A stretch of 64,000 bases of DNA, taken from positions 36,146,001-36,210,000 of the forward strand of contig NW_027361788.1 in assembly GCF_039654945.1 (NCBI RefSeq), read 5' to 3'. This DNA is from Dendrobates tinctorius. Lineage: Eukaryota. The notes beneath the pieces are model-generated. The model worked only from the letters and a program-made list of their open reading frames with translations, searched no databases and was not told the DNA's origin. Shown here piece by piece: positions 11,969 through 24,800 of the stretch. Within the stretch, counting starts at the first letter, position 1; every line of letters starts with the position of its first letter. The translations under genes and the position numbers were made by a program.

Positions 11969-14580
11969 GTTTTTGGAGCAGAAACTGATTAGAAACACTC
12001 AAAAACGCAAAACTCCTCAACAGACTCATTGCTAGACCTGCGTGCGCTGGTATCCAGGGTAAACAGCGGGTATCCAAGAGCCGCGCGGCTCTTAGTTACC
12101 CCATGTTTACGTTGGAAACCAGCGTCGCTGATCGCTGGTCTCTCGCTGCCACACGACCAACGATAAAAAAATGGCCCAGGACGATCCTGCACGATCAGCG
12201 ATACCCGGCGGGGGGCCGGTCGCTGATCCCCGTCACACACCGCGATATCGCTGGAGAGATCGCTGATGCGTCACAAAATCAGCGATCTCACTGTGTGTGA
12301 CGGGGCCCATACAGACAGCACATAGATGGCATCAAGATTGGGTGGGCTTCCTGCAGATACTTGGGCACTACCTATGATGGGTCAGTCGGCCCTTGTGTGT
12401 TGGGAGAGTGCACCGAGATGTTACTAATGGTGGTCTGCTTTACGACTCTATAAATCAGCTGAATACTTCTTCACCAGATCTTCCTTCCCGGGAGTAAATA
12501 AAACTTCTCGGATAAATGTCATTTTTGCAATATTTGGCGCCGGTGTCCTGCAGGTGTGAGGAGCCGAGACGATGAGTTCATGGCTTGACATTAACAATGC
12601 AGATGTTGGCTCTCGCCATCGGCTGTCTTCCTCCCAGGTAGACGGCTCCGAGGACTGGACCACAGCCATCTAGACCATAACTTTGGAGATGTGATCCAGC
12701 TGGGAAGCGACCCCCTGTGTCTGGCTGGATGTGAGGTCTGGGTTTTATTGTGCTCTTTACATTAATTTATTTGGGATGGGATGGATGGTGTTTCATTGCC
12801 AAATGTGACATCTGTGGGGCTGCAGAGGCGCAAATGAGGATTTTGGGGTCTGTCTGGGGCTGACTGCACATGTGCTCATTATAATATGGATACAGGAGAG
12901 TGAAGACACAATGGAGGGACAAGAATACATCCTGGCCAAAACATTTTTACAAAACGTAAGCAACAAAAGATGACTACTTTTGGAATTTCATGTTGACCTG
13001 TAACTCTGGTCCATAAGATTCAAGAAAATGAAATGTGCATTTTCTAATGGGAGTCCCTTGGGTTGGCTAGAGGTTGAGAAGTCCAGGATACAAACCAAGG
13101 ATAGTTAGGACTCAAAGGTCCCAGCCTTAGTTTATTGGCAAGGTCAAGGCTACATACACTATAGAGGAGCTTCCATGGGGTTCACAAAGAAGGGGCTCCA
13201 GCTTAGGTGGGTCCCATCCATTTCCCATGAGCGATGTGAACCAGCCTATGACTCCTTTTCAAAGTACCACATTATAGGACGGAAGTGACCATGTGGGGTA
13301 TGGAAAGGAAGGATATGAGAGGTGATCGGGTCATAATGATCACACCCTATAACTGATGATTACTACTCAACAAGCTACTTGGATCACAACCCTACAATGC
13401 ACTGTAGATGGAAAAAACAAAATTTGAGCTTGGTTTAAGTTGGTATACATTCAGCACATAAACGCATGTTCACATTGGCCGTAAAGCATACAAAACCTAC
13501 AAGAAACAGTTGTCGACAGTGGGATGGCTTTTATGCTATTTTTGATCAAAACAGTATTACTAGGAACCCAGGTGTTATTTAGGTGCATTTTGCTTTTTAC
13601 TTATTTAGTTACAGCAGGGTTTTTGCTCATTTTGTTTCTTGTAGGTTTTGAATGAACGGTAAATGACTGTAGGGTTCACATACTTCACAGTGGGGTTCAC
13701 ATACTTCTGGAGACATTACACTAAAGTCAAAAGAAGTTAAAGGCTATGAACACCTTTGACATAGAAAAATATGTATTTTTTACACATTAGTGTTTGCTTT
13801 TAGTTAATAACATTTCAGCTGGCAATCTTCATATCCATTGTGCAACATACTCTTACTGACAGATTTGTTTTTGTTGGGGGAGTATCTCTCCCAGTAATAC
13901 AGGCTGATCCTGAGCTTATCTACAGCTTGTTTCATTTTTCTGCCCTCCCAGAGACAGTAGATACTTTCCTCTCTGTCCACACTGTGGAAAACAGTGTACA
14001 ACCCTCCTCATTGCTGATAAATCTAGCAATGAGAGCAGAGAACCCCAGAAGAAGAAGATCTGCTAGATTTGTATATTTTGTGTGCACATCGCTCATCCAT
14101 GGAAAGGGCTTATAGACGCTCTGCAGAAGCAAAATCATGAATAACTTTGCATTTAGGAAGCAAATTAATAATAATAATAACAATATTAATACATTTTCAG
14201 ACGCCTGGAAAAATCACAACTAACCTTAATGTCTTACTGCAGTGCCTAATGGGGCATCTCCACATGACGCTGAGCAGATCGCTAAGTACTCGGGTGTCTT
14301 CTCTCCTTCCACATACCATGGATTGTTTCATAGAACATCGGAGCTGAGTGGATGTCTCCGAGCGTATCGCCACATACGACGCGTCCAATGGACTTTACAC
14401 CTCTGCAGAACTATTGTGGCAACTTTGATTTTTACACACAAACTCCACTAGAATAAATATTAACCTATATTAGACCTGAGAATGCAGATTGGAGCGCCGG
14501 GAAACTGCATGGACCAAAGGGGCACTCGTTGCCGAATAGTTTGCGCAAAAAAATAAGAGCATGTAATGCATTTTCAGTTG

Positions 14581-15045
14581 GGCCATGTTCACACACTCAG
14601 TATTTGGTCAGTATTTTACATCAGTATCTGTAAGCCAAAACCAGGAGTGGGTGATAATACAGAAGTGGTGACGTGTTTCTATTACTCATTTCCTGATTGT
14701 TCCTCTCCTGGTTTTTGGATTACAGATACTGAGGTAAAATACTGACCAAATACTGAACCTGTGTACGTGGCCTAAGGCTATGAGCACACGCTTGGTCTGC
14801 TGATTTGTCACATGTGTGGTCCGTGTGTAATCCGTATTTTTTGCGCACCCATAGACTTGCATTGGCGTATTACGGCCGTAGTACGCTGACAATCGCAGCA
14901 TGCTGCGATTGGCACGGAGCGTAGGATACGGAGGAGAAATATACGGCTGGTGCGAGGGACCCCATAGAGAATCATTGGTCCATGTGTAATGCGTGCTTTT
15001 AGCGCCTCTCACTCGCCCGTATTCCTCGCCAGTGTGACCCCGGCC
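14581..15045. mobile_element. Two abutting Harbinger-type MITEs (14581-14772, palindromic; 14776-15045) sharing a TAA
   Basis: GGCCATGTTCACAC/GTGTACGTGGCC termini with a long internal inverted repeat; the second element is flanked by TAA on both sides. Confidence 0.7.
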
Positions 15046-15439
15046 TAATATGAAACTCTGCAAGCAATCTGTCACGTGTGAACAAACTCTGAGGTACCTG
15101 CATGGGCACTGTATGGACCAGGTATGGCACTATCCGGTCACAATATAGCACTTTAGGTGCACAGTCTGACACTATGAGGTCTGACTGACACGATGTAGGC
15201 ACAAAATGGCACCATGATGGCAGGATTTCCTCCATGGGGGCACAATATGGCTCTCTGGGCTCTTTTTGGCACTACATGACATTCTTTGGGCACGTCGGTA
15301 CAATATGACACGTTCTGTGCCCCTTACGACCCTCTTTGGCCACTCTCTGACATAATGGAAGCACAATACGGCATTGTGGCTGCAGTATTTTCTTCTGTGT
15401 GGACAACGTATGGCTCCGGGCACATTCTCTTCAGCACTG

Positions 15440-15694
15440 CCCTGTCATCTTCAAAATGGCCAGCAGGTGGCGGGCGTATGCAAGCAAACGAGCGCGCATG
15501 TCAAAAAATGAAGAAAAAAAAAAAACAGCCAGACAGCGCATGCGTGTGCTTTTCTGGCCAGGAACTAGCGATGTGGTCGTTGTTTCAGGTCGGAGCGGAT
15601 TATGTGCCCGCCGGTTTCCGGAGTAACAACCATGCTTCGTGTTCACTTGGGAGGCATGAAGTTGTGGAGGAGCTGAGCCGTGTCACGTGTGAGT
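15440..15694 (+). promoter_or_regulatory. Candidate REXO4 promoter and non-coding exon 1 (donor GTGAGT at 15689)
   Basis: CpG-rich; YY1-like CAAAATGGCC at 15452, NRF1-like GCGCATGCGT at 15536, ETS TTCCGG at 15616. The first coding exon has an acceptor at 18593, so an upstream exon is expected. Confidence 0.55.
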
Positions 15695-16225
15695 ACAGTC
15701 CCTGCAGCTGCTGACACCTGATGCATCATATCACACTGTGTTGCCTTTCATTTTTGGTGGGGGTCACATTATATATGGGGGAGGGGTGCGCATATTTGTT
15801 TTCTTCTTTTCGGTCTTGGCCATGATTGAGTCGTTCAAAATGTTCCTCAGCATTGGAGGTGGAGTCCCCCCTATGTATATACACCAATTCACTTCTCTTT
15901 CTGCTTCGTGTACAGCGCCACCCTTGTCCTTCCGGCCGTGCCAGGTATTACACCTCATGTGGAAGTGGCACAACCAGAGTTGGTACGAATTGTCCACAAC
16001 CTGGCTGCCAGATGGGAGCCCTGAGAGCCGCCTCCTTCCTCCAGGCATCTGCAGCTCTTCCTTTGACTATTCGGCCTACCGTAATGCATGTGTGACACTG
16101 CTGCAGGCCAGTTAATCAAGAGAAGAGCTGCCTATATCGTCAGATAAGACACGGTTCTCGCGGCAGATGGACCACACCAACTCTATACACAACCCTTGGA
16201 CAAGAGTGGTGCTGTGTAAGTTTCC

Positions 16226-16745
16226 TTTAAAGGGAACCTGTCACCTGTTTTGGCGGCTATAAGATGCGGCCACTGCCTTTCAGGGCTTATCTACAGCAGT
16301 CTACAGTGCTGTATATAAGCCCCCGTTCCGACCTGCAAGAGACGGAAAATAACTTTTATTATACTCACCCGGGGGGACGGTCCGGTGCGGTCCGATGGGT
16401 GTCGCAGGTCCGGCGCCTTCCATCTTCTTGCGATGCCGCTCTCCTGTTGCTTCATGGCTCCCTGGCATCTCGCTCCTGTACTGCAGTGCGAAGGAGCCAG
16501 GAAAGGTCAGAGAAATCCTGATCACTGCAGGACTTTGCTCTGCCATCAACAGGGCAGATAAGTACGCCTGCGCAGGAGCGAGATGCCGGGGAGCCATGAA
16601 GCAACAGGATGGCGGCATCGCAAGGAGATGGGAGGCCCCAGACCTGGAACACCCATCGGACCGCCGCCTGAGTGAGTTTAATAAAACTTATTTTTCTTAT
16701 CTTTCAGGTCGGATTGGGGGCTTATCCCAGCAGCACCTGCTTCTC
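16226..16745. mobile_element. T2/Kolobok-type MITE, right end missing
   Basis: Starts TTAAAGGGAACCTGTCA; internal inverted arms at ~16315-16480 and ~16570-16725. Confidence 0.7.
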
Positions 16746-16749
16746 CTTA

Positions 16750-17692
16750 GGCTAAGTTCACACGTAGCGGAGTCCTGCAGAAGTTACCGCGAGAATTCCG
16801 GAATTCCATTCCGCGGGAAAATCGTATTTTAAATTCTCCCGAGATTTTCCCGTGGAAAAACTAGCAATTTGCAAGTGTAATTAGCTTGCAGAATGCTAGC
16901 GTTTTCCAAGCGATCTAGAGCATCGCTTGGAGAACTGATTGACAGGTTGGTCACACTCGTCAAACATAGTGTTTGACGAGTGTGACCAACTTTTTACTAT
17001 TGAGGCCGCCTATGCAGCATCAGTAGTAAAAAGATCTAATGTTAAAAATACTAAAAAAAATTAAAAATGGTGTTATATTCACCTTCCGACGTCCTAAGCA
17101 GTGTTCCCAGGCCTCCGCGATGCTCTAGCAGCTCCCGTTCCCAGTGATGCATTGCGGCAATGACCTTTGATGACGTCGTGGTCTTGCGAGACCGCTACAG
17201 CATCACGAGACAGCGACGTCAGCAAAGGTCATTATCGCAATGCATTACTGGGAACGGGAGCTGCCGCGTGTATCGCTGAAGCCTGGGGACGCTGCGCGGG
17301 ACGTCGGAAGGTGAATATAACACCTTTTTTTTTATTATTCTATTTTTTACAGGGATATGGTACCCACAGCCCACAGGACAGTCTCCTCTCCTCCAGACCG
17401 TGGGTACCAACCGCAAATGTTCTGCTTACTTTTCGCATGATGGGCACAGCCACATGCGGAAAGTAAGCACAACAATGCATTCCTATGTGGGCGGAATTGC
17501 CGCGATTCCGCAAACTAATGAGCATGCTGCGGATTTTTCCGCGATGCAATTCCGCGGCGGGAAAATCCGCAGCATTGCCGAATCCCATAGGATTGCATGG
17601 GATGCTGGGTTTTTTTTTGTGTTTTCGTGGCAAAATCGCACGTTAAAAACTGCTGCGAAAACTCGAAAAAACCGCGACGTGTGAACGCAGTC
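16750..17692. mobile_element. Harbinger-type MITE with multiple internal hairpins
   Basis: TTA|GGCTAAGTTCACACGT...ACGTGTGAACGCAGTC|TTA. Confidence 0.78.
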
Positions 17693-18615
17693 TTAATGCT
17701 GCAGAGCCCTCCTGTGTGCTCCTGACAAGCCGGCTGACTGATGAATGTTAAAAACAACCTAGGCTTCCAGATCAGCTCTGCTACACTGTGTTCATCTGCT
17801 TCCACCACAGATATTTGGCACATCATCACTATTCATCTGTGCACCTTAACACTAGTCACTCTGCCCGACCCATTTTATCTTCTTCCAGCCACATCAACAT
17901 AACATCTAAATCTGATCTGTTAGCTAGTTTCCAGCACAATTCAACAGTTATGCACGCAACTCTGCGTGCACAGCAGGGCTGATACCTGCAGGGCTGGGCT
18001 GTGTTTAATGTCTGCTGTTGACAGACCACTGATGCAAAATTGCAAATGCCCCACTGATGATGTTATATGGCAGAAGATAATCCTTTGCCATGTGCATCAA
18101 CTGGGCGGTATTTGTAGTTTCACTTCTTTGATCTATGGATATCAGACAGCTCATTGCTTCCTGTGTCAGCTGTGAGTGGAGTGCAGAACTGTTGAGTTGT
18201 GGTGGAAACCAGCCAACAAATGAATGATGGAAAAGTACACAGGCAGCTTTGTTGATGTACAATTTTTAAATGGAAGAAGATAAAATTAGGCTGACACACT
18301 ACTGTACAGGACCATGTCAGCACTGGAGGCAGAGCAGATCTTTACTGGAAGCCAACTGGTACTGTACTGAGAAGGAGCACTGGAACTGCAAAATGAAGGA
18401 CCCAGCGGCAACTGCAGATTAAATAGAGCCCAAAGGTTCGTCTTTGGATGGGCCGTGTGTGCATACCAGGGCAGATTTAAAAAACTGAATATATTGGCAC
18501 AAATGAATTATTATAAACATTATTGTAAGAACAAGTTAAGATTTGGCGACTAACCCTTTAATGGTTTATAAAGTATGCACTTTGTCTTTACAGACTCATT
18601 AATGACAGAGCAGTA

Positions 18616-18831
18616 ATGGCAAAGGCTGCAGTAGCGAAAGACATAAAAGCCCCTCCAACCGTGAAGGAGACGAAAAACCTTAACCAGACCAAAAAAAGGA
18701 AGAAAAAGAAGGAATTCTGGAAAAATCATCCCAAGATCGCAGCAAAGGAAGAGAAGATTAAGAAAGTGACGCCCGTGCTACCTCCCAGGACCCCGCAGGA
18801 GTTTTCTTCTAACTGGAAAATGTTACAGACT
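18616..18831 (+). CDS. REXO4: REXO4 coding exon 1 (exon starts at 18594 after tttacag)
   Basis: gtaATGg start; ACT|gtaagt donor. Confidence 0.9.
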
Positions 18832-21800
18832 GTAAGTGTATATGCAGAGAATCTCGCTATATATTGTATACTAACCTTTCCTGTATAGGAGGTTATAATG
18901 TCGAGATGTAATCATGTGAATGTTGTGCTTTTAGTTGCTGAAACCAGAGAGCAGTAGCCCTGCACCCACATTGACTAAACCCCCCAAAAAACAGGACAAG
19001 GGCTTGAAAAAGGAAACAAAAGCGAATGGGAAGGAAAAACTGGAGCCCACAGCTGATACTGTTCCCCCTAAAATCAACGGCCATCTGAAAGAGACCCTGA
19101 TGTCTCCTAAAAATACATCAATAAAGGAGCCGGCTACCAACCACAAGAGGAAAGAGTCCACAAAGAAGAGAAAATTACCCGAGGAACGTGATAAACGCCA
19201 GCATAAAAGAAAGCACAGTGAGGAAAACACAGCAGAGCCGCCAAAGTAAGCCTTGTGTATATTATATGGGGGGGTACAGGTGCATCTCACAAAACTAGAA
19301 TATCATCAAAAAATTTATTTATTTCAGTTCTTCAATACAAAAAGTGAAACTCATATATTATATAGAGTCATTACAGAGTGATATATTTCACGTGTTTATT
19401 TCTGTTAATATTGATGATTATGGCTTACAGCCAATGAAAACACAAAAGTCATTATCTCAGGAAATTAGAATACTTTATAACACCAGCTTGAAAAAATGAT
19501 TTTAAAATCCAAAATGTTGGCCTACTGAATTGTATGTTCAGTAATTGCACTCAATACTTGGTCGGGGCTCTTTTTGTATCAATTTCTGCATCAAGGCATG
19601 GAGGCAATCTGCCTGTGGCAATGCTGAGGTGTTATGGAAGCCCAGGTTGCTTTGAATAGCAGCCTTCAGCTGGTCTGCATTATTAGATCTGGTGTCTCTT
19701 ATCTTCTCCTTGACAATACCCCATCACGGTCCCAGAGTTTGTAGGAACAGTGAAGAAGCACGCAATCCAAGCTGCTTGAGGTCTAGTGTGAAGTATCCAC
19801 AATCAGTGATGGTTTGGGGAGCCATGTCATCTGCTGGTGTAAGTCAAGTGAGTGTTATCAAGACCAAAGTCAGCACAGCCGTCTACCAGGAAATTTTAAA
19901 GCACTTCATGCTTTCCTCTGCTGACAAGCATTTGGAGATGGAAATTTCATTCTCCAGGAGGACCTGGCACCTGTCCACACTGCCAAAAGTACCAATACCT
20001 GGTTTACAAACAACAGTATCACTGTGCTTGATTGGCCAGCAAACTCGCCTGACCTTAACCCCATAGAGAATCTATGGTGTATTGTCAAGAGGAAGATGAG
20101 AGACACCAGACCCAAGAATGCAGATGAGGATGAAGGCTGCTATCAAAACAACCTGGGCCTCCATAAAACCTCAGCAGTGCCACAGGCTGATCCCCCTCCT
20201 TGCCATGCCACATTGATGCAGTAATTGATGCAAAAGGAGCCCCGACCAAGTACTGAGTGCAGTTACTGAACATACATTTCAGTAGGTAAACATTTTGGAT
20301 TTTAAAATCATTTTTCAAGCTGGTGTTATAAAGTATTTACTGAGATAATGACTTTTGGGTTTTCATTGGCTGTAAGCCATAATAATCAATATTAGCAGAA
20401 ATAAACACTTGAAATAGATTGCTCTGTATGCAATGACTCTATATAATATATGAGCTTCACTTTTTGTATTGAAGAACTGAAATAAATTAACTTTTTGATG
20501 ATATTTTAATTTTGTGAGATGCACCCGTATGTATCACATATTAAGTATTTGATTCAGTATCCGATCCTGGAGAATCTGGGTGACAGCCAATATGGCCACC
20601 TTTACCACTCCCTGTGTAGTGTTAAAGCCAACCAGCCCCTACCAATAACTAAGCTCAACGAAAGCACATGGGATGCCTTATTGGTAATAATAATAAATTT
20701 TATTTCTATAGCGCCGACATATTCCGCAGCACTTTACATTTCAGAGGGGACTTGTACAGACAATAGACATTACAGCATAACAATAATCACATAGATCATA
20801 ACAGATACCAAGAGGAAAGAGGGCCCTGCTCGCAAGCTTACAGTCTATGAGGAAAGAGGTAGACACGAAAGGTGGGTGGTAACAGTTGCCCTGATTGTAT
20901 GGACCAGCCATAATGTTAAGTGTGTAACAGTACAGATACAGAAGGCTAATGGATGCATAAAGCATGTGGGAACATGATGCGGGGAACCTGGTTATGGTAA
21001 AACTTTTGACTGTGCCACACAGGGATAGATTAGGTTAATGTGTTGAGGCGATAGGCCAGTCTGAATAAATGAGTTTTCAGGGCACGCTTAAAATTGTAGG
21101 GATTGGGGACTAATCATATTGACCTGGGAAGTGTATTCCAGAGAATTGGCGCAGCACGTGTATAGTCTTGAAGACGGGAGTGGGAGGTTCTGATTATCGA
21201 GGATGCTATCCTCAGGTCATCAGCAGAATGGAGGGCGCGGGTAGGATGGTATACTGAAACAAGGGAGGAGATGTAGGGTGGTGCTGAGCCATGGAGGGCT
21301 TTGTGGGTGAGGGTAATAAGTTTATACTGAATTCTGGAGTGGATGGGTAGCCAGTGTAATGACTGGCACAAGGTAGAGGCATCGGTGTACCGATTGGTGA
21401 GGAATATGATCCTGGCTGCAGCATTCAAGACAGATTGGAGGGGGGAGAGTTTGGTAAGAGGGAGACCGATTAGAAGGGAGTTACAATAGTCGAGACGAGA
21501 ATGAATAAGAGAAACAGTAAGAGTTTTTGCAGAGTCAAAAGTAAGAAAAGGTCAAATTCTAGAAATGTTTTTGAGGTGCAGATAACAAGAGCGAGCCAGT
21601 GATAGGATATGGGGGGTGCATGAAAGCTCGGAGTCAAGTATGACCCCAAGTCAGCGGGCATGTTGCAGGGGAGTAATAGTGGAACAACACACGAAAATGG
21701 CAATGTCGGTTATATGTACATTAGTAGCGGGAGGAAACACAAGGAGTTCGTTTTTTGACATGTTCAGTTTCAGATATAGTGAGGACATGATGTTAGACAC

Positions 21801-24800
21801 AGCGTTTAGACAATTGCCGGTGTTTTCTAGAAAGGCTGGCGTGATGTCAGGAGAAGAAGCGTATAATTGGGTGTCATCGGCATAGAGATGGTACTGGAAA
21901 CCAAATCTACTGATTGTTTGACCAATAGGGGCAGTGTACAAGGAGAAGAGGAGGGGGCCTAGAACCGATCCTTGGGGGACCCCAACAGTAAGGGGAAGAT
22001 GAGAGGAGGAGGAGCCGGCAAAAGATACAGTAAAGGAGCGGTCAGAGCGATAGGAGGAGAACCAGGAGAAAATGGTGTCCTTGAGGCCAATGGCGCGGAG
22101 CATAGTGAGGAGGCGCTGATGATCCACAGTGTCGAATGCTGCAGAGAGATCCAAGAGAATTAGCATGGAGTAATGACCATTTGATTTAGCTGTTGGTAGT
22201 CACCCAGCTTTCTCAGATTCAGATTTAATGACTGAATTGAGACATTTAACCATTAGTGGACATTATCTACATTATTTATTGTTTATATTTCTTTTCAGAA
22301 TAGACCTCTGGTTTGATGACGTGGATCCGGATGATATTGAGGCTGCGCTAGGTCCAGAAGCGGGTAACATGGCACGGCAGATGCAAGGATTGCCAGAGAA
22401 AACATCAGATGCTGTGGACAAGGTTCTAGTGAAGGACAGGGCGTTTGAGGGGTAAGTGAACCCACAATTACACACGTTTACTGTGCATTACACCCCACAC
22501 AGCTGCCGGCTGACAGCCCCAATGATCACCTATCCATACACGGGCATGCTATGTTAGGTGAAACGTGCAGAAAGTTCCAGTCGCCTCTGGCGGCAGCTCA
22601 TCTTTCCTGAGAGGAAAAGATTAGGTGTTAATGCAGCAGGCTGATACTTCTCTCCCCAACATTATCTTTCGGGAGTCCATCATGCACATAAGTGGTCAGT
22701 CTAGACGGCCCACCTTAGGCCTCATGGAGACGGCAGTGATTCAAGTACGTGTTCTTCAGACAGAACATTTATCCATTATAGTCTATGGGACTATTCACAT
22801 GTCACGGTCGGTTTATGAAAATGACGGCCTCACACAGATACCATCCATGTGCTATTTGACTGATTTTTAACATTGTAATGGATAGCAGATGCTTTGCAAG
22901 ATTTTTATGGGTGTGTGAGAAAATCACTGGTGGTAACCAGATCGGTGGAGTCGGTAAGCCAAACCTCCAACTCCTCAATTTCCCTGACTCCGACCCCACA
23001 GCACTGATCACTACTGAGCATGTGCATGAAGTGCAGCACAGATTCATCTCATCTACAACCCCACAGCACTGGTCACTACTGAGCATGTACATAAAGGGCA
23101 GCACAGATTCATCTCATCTATGACCCCACAGCACTGGTCACTACTGAGCATGTACATAAAGGGCAGCACAGATTCATCTCATCTATGACCTCACAGCACT
23201 GGTCACTACTGAGCATGTACATAAAGGGCAGCACAGATTCATCTCATCTACGACTCCACAGCACTGGTCACTACTGACATGTACATAAAGGGCAGCACAG
23301 ATTCATCTCATCTACAACCCCACAGCACTGGTCACTACTGAGCATGTACATAAAGGGCAGCACAGATTCATCTCATCTATGACCCCACAGCACTGGTCAC
23401 TACTGAGCATGTACATAAAGGGCAGCACAGATTCATCTCATCTATGACCTCACAGCACTGGTCACTACTGAGCATGTACATAAAGGGCAGCACAGATTCA
23501 TCTCATCTACGACTCCACAGCACTGGTCACTACTGACATGTACATAAAGGGCAGCACAGATTCATCTCATCTACAACCCCACAGCACTGGTCACTACTGA
23601 GCATGTACATAAAGGGCAGCACAGATTCATCTCATCTATGACCCCACAGCACTGGTCACTACTGAGCATGTACATAAAGGGCAACACAGATTCATCTCAT
23701 CTATGACCTCACAGCACTGGTCACTACTGACATGTACATAAAGGGCAGCACAGATTCATCTCATCTACAACTCCACAGCACTGGTCACTACTGAGCATGT
23801 ACATAAAGGGCAGCACAGATTCATCTCATCTACAACCCCACAGCACTGGTCACTACTGAGCATGTACATAAAGGGCAGCACAGATTCATCTCATCTACAA
23901 CCCCACAGCACTGGTCACTACTGACATGTACATAAAGGGCAGCACAGATTCATCTCATCTATGACCTCACAGCACTGGTCACTACTGAGCATGTACATAA
24001 AGGGCAGCACAGATTCATCTCATCTATGACCCCACAGCACTGGTCACTACTGAGCATGTACATAAAGGGCAGCACAGATTCATCTCATCTACATCTCCAC
24101 AGCACTGGTCACTACTGAGCATGTACATAAAGGGCAGCACAGATTCATCTCATCTATAACCCCACAGCACTGGTCACTACTGACATGTACATAAAGTGCA
24201 GCACAGATTCATCTCATCTACGACCCCACAGCACTGGTCACTACTGACATGTACATAAAGGGCAGCACAGATTCATCTCATCTACAACCCCACAGCACTG
24301 GTCACTACTGACATGTACATAAAGGGCAGCACAGATTCATCTCATCTATGACCTCACAGCACTGGTCACTACTGAGCATGTACATAAAGGGCAGCACAGA
24401 TTCATCTCATCTATGACCTCACAGCACTGGTCACTACTGACATGTACATAAAGGGCAGCACAGATTCATCTCATCTACGACCCCACAGCACTGGTCACTA
24501 CTGAGCATGTACATAAAGGGCAGCACAGATTCATCTCATCTATGACCTCACAGCACTGGTCACTACTGAGCATGTACATAAAGGGCAGCACAGATTCATC
24601 TCATCTATGACCTCACAGCACTGGTCACTACTGACATGTACATAAAGCGCAGCACAGATTCATCTCATCTACAACCCCACAGCACTGGTCACTACTGAGC
24701 ATGTACATAAAGGGCAGCACAGATTCATCTCATCTATGACCTCACAGCACTGGTCACTACTGAGCATGTACATAAAGGGCAGCACAGATTCATCTCATCT

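Noticed and set aside
12440-12720. Non-repetitive island with a 73-aa ORF between SARDH and REXO4 (possible ADAMTS13 remnant or small gene)
   Set aside because: No recognisable similarity in the frames I read; a conservation search would be needed to revive it.
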